Assembly (NCBI GenBank): GCA_024626585.2
Contig: JANKJI020000002.1
Coordinates: 183,552,148 to 183,568,801 of the forward strand
Source of the DNA: Ginkgo biloba
Lineage: Eukaryota; Plantae; Ginkgophyta
Direction: 5' to 3'
DNA: 16,654 bases
Positions 9,888 through 16,654 of the stretch are shown here, piece after piece. Position numbers and translations under genes: made by a program. Numbering within the stretch: the stretch's first letter is position 1; every line of letters starts with the position of its first letter. Under the pieces are notes generated by a model. That model saw only the letters and a list, made by a program, of their open reading frames with translations, ran no database searches and was not told where the DNA came from.

Positions 9888-10050
9888 CTGTCCAACATGT
9901 TCCCATACTTCACAAACAGGCTATCATTTCCCAAAATATGATCTCAGAAAAACTACTTACAATCTTCTAAATTCAATCTGATGTTCATCCAAAATTGAGC
10001 TACAAGTAAAATTGGTTGTATATAGTGTTGGCCTCCACAAACTTCCTTCC
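9888..10050 (-). pseudogene. Possible PLS-class PPR gene remnant
   Basis: Minus-strand ...NIRLNLEDCK*FF*DHILGNDSLFVKYGNMLD resembles PLS-PPR motifs (L.EGK.VH...D.FLGN.L..MYVKCG.L.DA). It is short and contains stops. Confidence 0.3.
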
Positions 10051-10179
10051 GCCCACCCCAGCGTTTACAAAATTCATTTCACTCATCCAAGTCAAGGACC
10101 TTGCGGACTCCTACCTTGAGATCATGAAAGCCCTACAAATCTTGATCATTATGCGGAACTAATCTACATCTAAATAGTG

Positions 10180-11425
10180 ATGTTGTCGATGCACAAATTG
10201 CGTCAACAACTGTTTGTTTCATCCATGCTTGGAAATGACCGAAAGGATCATTAAAAAATTGATCAAAATAATAAAAAGTAAAAATTCAAGCTTGCAAACA
10301 GGGCAGTCATCTTGCAATTGAATTCTGTACAAATATATTCAGTTTAGGAGCATGATATCTGCACATTCAGAAAGTAGACGGCAAGAGCTTCGGAGCAATA
10401 GCTCATTTTCAAAAACAGAATACAGGTACAAAAGTTATAGCCTCTAGAAGTTGGCCTATGAAAACTGTAAAAAGTCTTGTTAAGTAATAAGAACTTACTT
10501 TCAAAAACATGTCTAGGTAACTTACCTTCATAACTTACTCTCAAATTACAAAGCTACCCCCAAACCGCTCATGTGATCACCTTATTAAACCACCAAACTT
10601 ACCCTTAAGCCGCGAAGCTACTCTCAAACAACTCATGTGATCACCCTGATAAGCTGCCAGATTTACCCTCAAAACTATTTGAAGGTGACTCTACCTTCAC
10701 ACTTTCTTGAAGATAACTTTTACATTACCTTCACAAATCCACCTTCATATTTTGTTGAAGGTAACTTCTGAGGTGGGACCCACCTCCAAGTTACCTTCAC
10801 AAAGTTGCCCTTATGCCCTCTTGAGGGTATTTGTTAAGAATGACCCATTATTATTTATTTTTCTTACCTTCACATCTTCTTGAAGGTAATTTTTTTACTT
10901 TTTAAACTGAGTTTTCTTTTCAAAAGGAAGAGATTCGAACTAGTTACCACTTGCAATTTTGAACTTGTGAAGAATTCAAAGGCTCCGAATCAGCTCCAAA
11001 TCGAATGCAACTACTAAATCAGCATTACAGTCAAGGAAGATGAGGTCAACAACTTCATAGACGATTGGCGAAGAGGTTACCACCAACAAAAAGGAGAGAA
11101 ATTGAATTGGAGAAGAGAATTTTAATAATTCTTCTTGTTCGAATTTTCTGAAGCTTGAAGCTAGAAATTGATTCTGCATTTTTCTGAGTTAAACCTCATG
11201 TGATGCAGCAAATCTTGTGCACTCTAATATGCAATCTCGGTTGAGCAAGCTCTGTAAATATATGAGCATTGATTCCACTTAAAGCTTGTTGTGAAGCTCT
11301 ATAAAGCACTCTATTTTATTTCTTTAATGAATGCAATCTTTTCAACATATGACTGCAACCTGTGAATGTGAATTCCAATTGTTTTTATTTACTTCCATTG
11401 TACGCATTTTGTGTTCCAGATCATA
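10180..11425 (+). mobile_element. 5' LTR of a CRM-type chromovirus (5' boundary approximate)
   Basis: Ends AGATCA(TA) just before the PBS. Homologous to the inverted copy at 4470-5510. Non-coding with internal repeats; candidate start TGTTG at 10181. Confidence 0.75.
10515..10889. repeat. Palindromic TGAAGGTAA/TTACCTTCA array in the LTR, including a 64-bp tandem duplication and a ~50-bp hairpin
   Basis: AGGTAACTTACCTTCA at 10515. 64-bp units start at 10551 and 10615. ACC(T/C)TCA-N8-TGAAG occurs with the TGAAG at 10680, 10708, 10756 and 10881. Hairpin at 10751-10803. Confidence 0.85.
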
Positions 11426-11428
11426 TTT

Positions 11429-11441
11429 TGTTATCAAAACC
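11429..11441 (+). promoter_or_regulatory. Degenerate primer-binding site (tRNA-iMet type)
   Basis: TGTTATCAAAACC versus TGGTATCAGAGCC, directly after the LTR end and ~140 bp before the gag ATG. Confidence 0.65.
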
Positions 11442-11582
11442 TAATTTTCCAACACCGAAAAGTGAAATAGATCAAAATATTGAGTAGATTTTGAAAGCAA
11501 GAATTGTTGAATGGTTTGACAAGGATAAGAACCATCAAATCCACCTTTATTTGAGCCTTCTAGACCAATTCAATCCAACAAT

Positions 11583-12570
11583 ATGTCAAGAGGAGACCAA
11601 AGAGAGAAGTCTAGAAGACTTGTCGAAGGGTATGACAGCGAAAGAGTTGACCCTCTAAGAAGAGACCTAGACCAACTCAAAACAAACAGAGTTGATAGGA
11701 TACCNNNNNNNNNNNNNNNNNNNNNNNNNNNNNNNNNNNNNTACAACAACCAAAAGTGATGTTATAAGCAGTGCTCAATTCACTAGTAGCACTATTATAA
11801 CTCCTCTCAAGACTCAATTGCCAATTCAGACATCATATACCACCTTTAAAGTAGAAATGAAGGTGGAAAATCCAATATATGATGGGAAAATGGATGCTAA
11901 AAATCTAGGTGACTAGCTCAAACAATTAGAAACATATTTGCAATTTAGGAATACACGAACCCCCAAAAGATAGCTTTTGCCAAGCTAAAGATAAGGGACC
12001 AAGCCTTCTTATGGTGGGAAAGCTTTTGTGAGAAGCAACACCAGCAAGGGAGATTGTCCATCGATGTATGGGAAGAATTCAAGCAAGTGTTGAAGAACAA
12101 CTTTTTCCCTGCAGGATACATACGAGAGTAGCAAATCCAATGGCAATACGTTACACAAAAGTCAGGACAACGTGTTGAGACCTACACTGAGGAGTTCAAT
12201 CAGTTTACCCTTTGATTGAAGGTGGTTGATGACAAAGATCACTTGGTGCTAAATAACATCGACAGATTGTTTACCCCCATTCAAAAGGAGTTGAAGATGT
12301 TCGAGATCAGGACTCTCAAAGAGGATTATCATAAAGCCAAGATTGTAGAAGCAAAACGAAAGTGGAAAGTACCATCCACTCAATCCAAGAATGAGAAGTA
12401 GCATGGTTTTCAAAACCACCTTAAAAAAATTGCCAAACAAGAAGAAGACCAACAAAATAGCTCAGCAAGTTAATGAGCCTAAGAAAGGTAAAAGACACAT
12501 ACCCTACTCTGTAGAATGCCAAATCCAAGGTCATTCAAAGGCCAGTTGCTGGAAACCACGCCTTGAAAAG
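11583..12570 (+). pseudogene. gag: CRM-type gag (disrupted)
   Basis: ATG at 11583 (MSRGDQREK...). FKVEMKVENPIYDGKMDAKNLGD*LKQLETY...KIAFAKLKIRDQAFLWWES...WEEFKQVLKNNFFPAGY...QKSGQRVETYTEEF; knuckle SVECQIQGHSKASCW at ~12508-12552. Confidence 0.88.
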
Positions 12571-12669
12571 AAACTAGAAATATGCACATTCAACCCAAAG
12601 AGAAGGACATTTTTGCTCAGCAGGCATCCACTAATCAATTGCCATTGATGGCACAAGAACTAAGACACA

Positions 12670-15288
12670 AGTCTACTAGAAAGCAACTCTTTGTAATTAA
12701 AATTCAAATCAAAAACGCTATGGTGACGATTGTATTTTATTCAAGTAGCCAAAGAAATACCATTTTAGAAGCNNNNNNNNNNATAGTGAAACAGTTCAGT
12801 TTCTGAACAACCAAACACCAATAACCCTACACGTTGGGATGGCTAAACAAAGGAGCTTAACATACCATTAACAAGTAAGGTAAGTTCAAGGTTGTTATTT
12901 CCAAGGATTCATAAATGAGATAGAGTGTGATGTGGTGCCATTAGAAATGTGTGGAGTCATCTTCGGAAGCCCATATCTAAGAGACAGAGATGTTGAATTT
13001 TGGANNNNNNNNNNNNNNNNNNNNNNNNNNNNNNNNNGTCAAAGGCCATGAGAAACCCAAAGTTAATTTCCCTCATTCCTGCAACGCAAGCCAAATCATT
13101 CATAAATGCCTACCATACGTTTGTTTTGTTAACACTAAGACCCACAAGGTGCCAATGGTAAATGAAAATGGTGCAAATTCAATTGCCCAAAGTGCAGAGC
13201 AACAAAGACAGCTTGTCAGCATACTACAACGATATGCCAGTGTCTTCAAGGAACAAGAAGNNNNNNNNNNNNNNNNNNNNNNNNNNNNNNNNNNNNNNNN
13301 NNNNNNNNNNNNNNNNNNNNNNNNNNNNNNNNNNNNNNNNNNNNNNNNNNNNNNNNNNNNNNNNNNNNNNNNNNNNNNNNNNNNNNNNNNNNNNNNNNNN
13401 NNNNNNNNNNNNNNNNNNNNNNNNNNNNNNNNNNNNNNNNNNNNNNNNNNNNNNNNNNNNNNNNNNNNNNNNNNNNTGCGCACTAACTATTGAGCAATGA
13501 ACAAGACAATGATGAAGAATAGGTATCCTTTGCTAGGGATCAAGGACTTCTTGTATCAGTTTCAAGGAGCAAAGCATTTCGGCAAGATTGACCTCAAATC
13601 TAAATACCATCGGGTTCATATCAAGGAGAAAAACACTTGCAAGAACGACTTTAGGGCAAGACATGGATTCTTTGAATGGATGTTCATGCCATTTGCATTG
13701 ACCAACACACCAACAACCTTTATGCAATTGATGAATGAGATTCTAAGACCCTATCTAAAAAAATTTGTCACAGTTTATTTGGATGACATTTTGATTAACA
13801 ACAAGACACAAAAGGAACATCTATAGCATGTAGAAACAATGCTTGAAGCATTAAAGAGTGAACAACTTCAAGATAACCTCAAGAAGTGCACCTATGCTAT
13901 GAAGGAGTTTATCAACCTAGGGTTCAAGGTAGATTGAGTAGGGCTCAAGATTGGCCTACTAAGACTGAAGTCATCCAAAAAATGGCATCCACTCACGTAC
14001 CTACAAGAGCTTAGAAGCTTTAGGGAGTTGGACAAATATTTACGAAAGTTTGTTGCACGCTACTCTAAGATAGCCTTATCCTTAAATTTTGTGATAAAGG
14101 GAAATGTAGCATTTCATTGGATAAAGACAAAGCAACGAGCTTTTGTAAAGCTCAAGTGTCACATTAATAATGCCCCTGTTTTGGCATTAGTCGACATAAG
14201 GTTATTGTTTGAGATTAATCCAAGATGCATTAGGAGCAGTCTTGACTCAGCAGGGTAAGCCAATTGCCTATCATTCCAAGACCTTTTTGAAGTTAGTACA
14301 AAAGAATTCCAAATGCGACAAAGAGATATATGCATTGGTCTAGATAGTAAAGCATTAGAGGCACTATCTACTTGGAAAGAAGACTATTGTGCACTTGGCC
14401 CATAAGCCCCTGTAGTATTTGAAGACTTGGTCCAAATTGCCAAACACAAGGCATCTCAAATGGGTCACTTATTCGTAGCAATTTGGCATTGTAATCAGGT
14501 ACAAGAAAGGTACTAGTAATCAAATTTCTAATTTTCTATCTAGACCTCCTAATGCATCCTTAAGTTCTTTTATAAACCTTGAAGGTTATAGATTTAGGGA
14601 GTTCAAGGAAATCTACTTGAGTGAAAGAACTTACAGAAATTTACTTTGCTTTGCATGAACCAACTATGTTGCAAGAGGAGCAAATAAGAGATTATAATCT
14701 CAAAGATAGAATTTTGTACCGACTTAATGCCATTTGTGTGCCACATAATGGGCACCATGTCCAATTGATTCTGGAAGCATACCATTCCAACATGATAGGG
14801 CACTTTGGAATGCAAAAGACTCTATCAAACTTACAGAGGAATTTCTTTTGGCCCAAGATGTTGGTAGATATATAAAGGCATGTGCATCATGTTGCATTCC
14901 CAAATGAACAAATCAAAAGTTGGGGAAATACATGCCTTTGCTCGTTNNNNNNNNNNNNNNNNNNNNNNNNNNNNNNNNNNNNNNNNNNNNNNNNNNNNNN
15001 NNNNNNNNNNNNNNNNNNNNNNNNNNNNNNNTCTTGTACATGATGGTGGACAAATTCAAGAAGATGAAAGTATTAATTCCCTGCAAAATGACCATAACAA
15101 AGCAAAAAGTAGCTAAATTATTCTTTGAGCATGTGTGGGTGCATTTTAGACTACCAACATCCCTTGTCTCTAAAGGCGATAGAAGATTTTTTTTTAATGT
15201 CCTTTGCCAAATATTACTGACGATAATGGGCACTTGATTAAAGAGAAGCACAACTTTTCACCCTCAACCTGATGGCCAATCCAAAGTT
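12670..15288 (+). pseudogene. pol: CRM-type pol (protease, RT, RNase H, integrase), disrupted and cut by the 100-N gap
   Basis: Protease: LFVIKIQIKNAMVTIVFYSSSQRN...PYTLGWL...ECDVVPLEMCGVIFGSPYL. RT: KNRYPLLGI...FGKIDLKSKYH...FEWMFMPFALTNTPTTFMQLMNEILRPYLKKFVTVYLDDILI. RNase H: NAPVLAL...GAVLTQQGKPIAYHS...DKEIYALV. Integrase: EAYHSNMIGHFGMQKT...FFWPKM and VDKFKKM...LPTSLVS...STTFHPQPDGQSKV. Confidence 0.95.
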
Positions 15289-15388
15289 NNNNNNNNNNNN
15301 NNNNNNNNNNNNNNNNNNNNNNNNNNNNNNNNNNNNNNNNNNNNNNNNNNNNNNNNNNNNNNNNNNNNNNNNNNNNNNNNNNNNNNNN

Positions 15389-16654
15389 AAGGAGGCCAAT
15401 GATGAATGGTAATTCATTGATAGCTCCAATGGAAAGGTAGAGGCTACCAATTCATAGCGAGAACGAGAAAGAAGACCCTACCCAACATTGTAATTTATGT
15501 GAGACAATTTGGAGATGAAGAAGATGAAAATTATCCCACCTACATCATATCATATAAGGAAGTCGTCAACCGAGAATTGAATCTCAAGATGGGGGAAAAG
15601 ACTAAGTCACGTCGAGAGAAGTTGTCCATCAATGATGATAAGGAACCTTCCTCAATCACAATGTTATGCCAAGAGGTGATGCAAATTATGAAAGAGTTAT
15701 ATGTGAGCAAAAAGAAAGATACAAAGATATTTGGTGTACCAAATGCAAGACAGACGGCCATCTGGAAGGAGAATGCCTCGAACCGAGTAAGTATTGTGAT
15801 AATTGGAAACTAAAGAATCATAGTATGGACGAATATAATTACAGTGCAAAAACTAAGAAGAAAACACAAGATGCTCAAGTGTATTTGGCTGATGAGGAGG
15901 CCTCACCTCCAAAATTGAGAGGAGGGAATGGATGTCAAGGAAACGACTAAAGAGATTTTCACTCAAACCAAAACAAGAGGGAAAACCAAGAAGTTGGAGA
16001 AGCACAAGTGAGTTATGACCCAACAAGGCGTCTGCTTGTCCAATGTTACAAGTGTCAAGAGTGGAGGCATTTTGCTAAAGATTACCCATATCAGAATCAA
16101 GGTGGAACAATGCTATGCAAGTGGTGCAAGCTTAGAGACCATGCTAATAATAACTTCCCAAAGCAAAAGGATAATGTGGCCCATCTTGTTTGAATGTAAC
16201 CCATAAGGAAGAAGAATACATAAACTGTCCTAAGCTTTCGATCGAAAAAGAGCCTTCGATCGATATCCTAAGCCAAAGTAAAACTAAGCATCAATATCCT
16301 AAGCATTCGATTGAAAAAGCGCATCTACAAAAGGCCAGTGAAACAATAAGAAATTTGTAGAAGATCGAATCACCGAAGACGATAACATCTCGAGAAGCCC
16401 ATGATAAATCTTAGGAGGTAGAGTCTTAGAGGGTACCTAAAGTCCAACCCAGGACAAACGACAACAAGATGGAGAACATGGAGAACATGAATCAAGTGAA
16501 GCCATCTCATACCAACTTAGCACAAAACATTCTCCATATAGAAGTTCCAATTAAGTTAGCCCCTTGCAGTAATTCTGGGCCTGGAGAAGATGTTGGTCCG
16601 ACAAGCTAAATAGGAGTTCTAAGGGTGACCCCAACATGACCAACCATTGTGGTT
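15389..16654 (+). mobile_element. Degenerate Ty3/Gypsy gag C-terminal region with four zinc knuckles and pre-protease linker
   Basis: KKMKIIPPTSY/KEVVNRELNL, then CTKCKTDGHLEGEC (15735-15776), CDNWKLKNHSMDEY, CYKCQEWRHFAKDY and CKWCKLRDHANNNF in one frame, then QNILHIEVPIKL (~16523-16558). Confidence 0.8.

Noticed and set aside
10976-11179. Hydrophobic minus-strand ORF as an env-like or antisense accessory gene
   Set aside because: Only 67 aa, inside the LTR, with no conserved counterpart seen in the sister copy.
12990-13500. Long ORFs spanning N runs (also 1524-1874, 5591-5833, 9653-9970, 15238-15450)
   Set aside because: Their length is an artefact of X codons across gaps.
15289-15500. 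Nested insertion of the four-knuckle element into the CRM integrase
   Set aside because: The junction is an unsized 100-N gap with no LTR or TSD visible, so nesting cannot be claimed.

Overview
AT-rich, CpG-depleted land-plant nuclear DNA from a gappy draft assembly. A large-genome host such as a gymnosperm or fern is my inference from the TE types and their decay. Four exactly 100-N gaps (1701-1800, 5609-5708, 9788-9887, 15289-15388) split the window into five blocks whose adjacency is not guaranteed. Most of the window is degenerate Ty3/Gypsy LTR-retrotransposon sequence: (1) two non-chromovirus (Athila/Tat-like) gag/pol fragments (28-1605, ~2620-4030); (2) a near-complete CRM-type chromovirus (5' LTR, PBS, gag-PR-RT-RH-INT, ~10180-15288) and an inverted 5' fragment of the same family (~4045-5510); (3) another CRM-type gag-PR fragment (~8570-9410); (4) a gag with four zinc knuckles (15389-end); (5) a probable solo LTR with a 5-bp TSD (5858-6472). 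The only intact host coding sequence is one 87-nt minus-strand exon of 3-isopropylmalate dehydrogenase (7430-7516), which the ORF track misses. The most unusual structure is in both copies of the CRM-type LTR: an array of a 19-bp palindrome, TGAAGGTAA(G/C)TTACCTTCA, separated by variable spacers of fixed 8-bp length (27-bp period). I see no solid evidence for a new protein-coding system; all findings are hypotheses.
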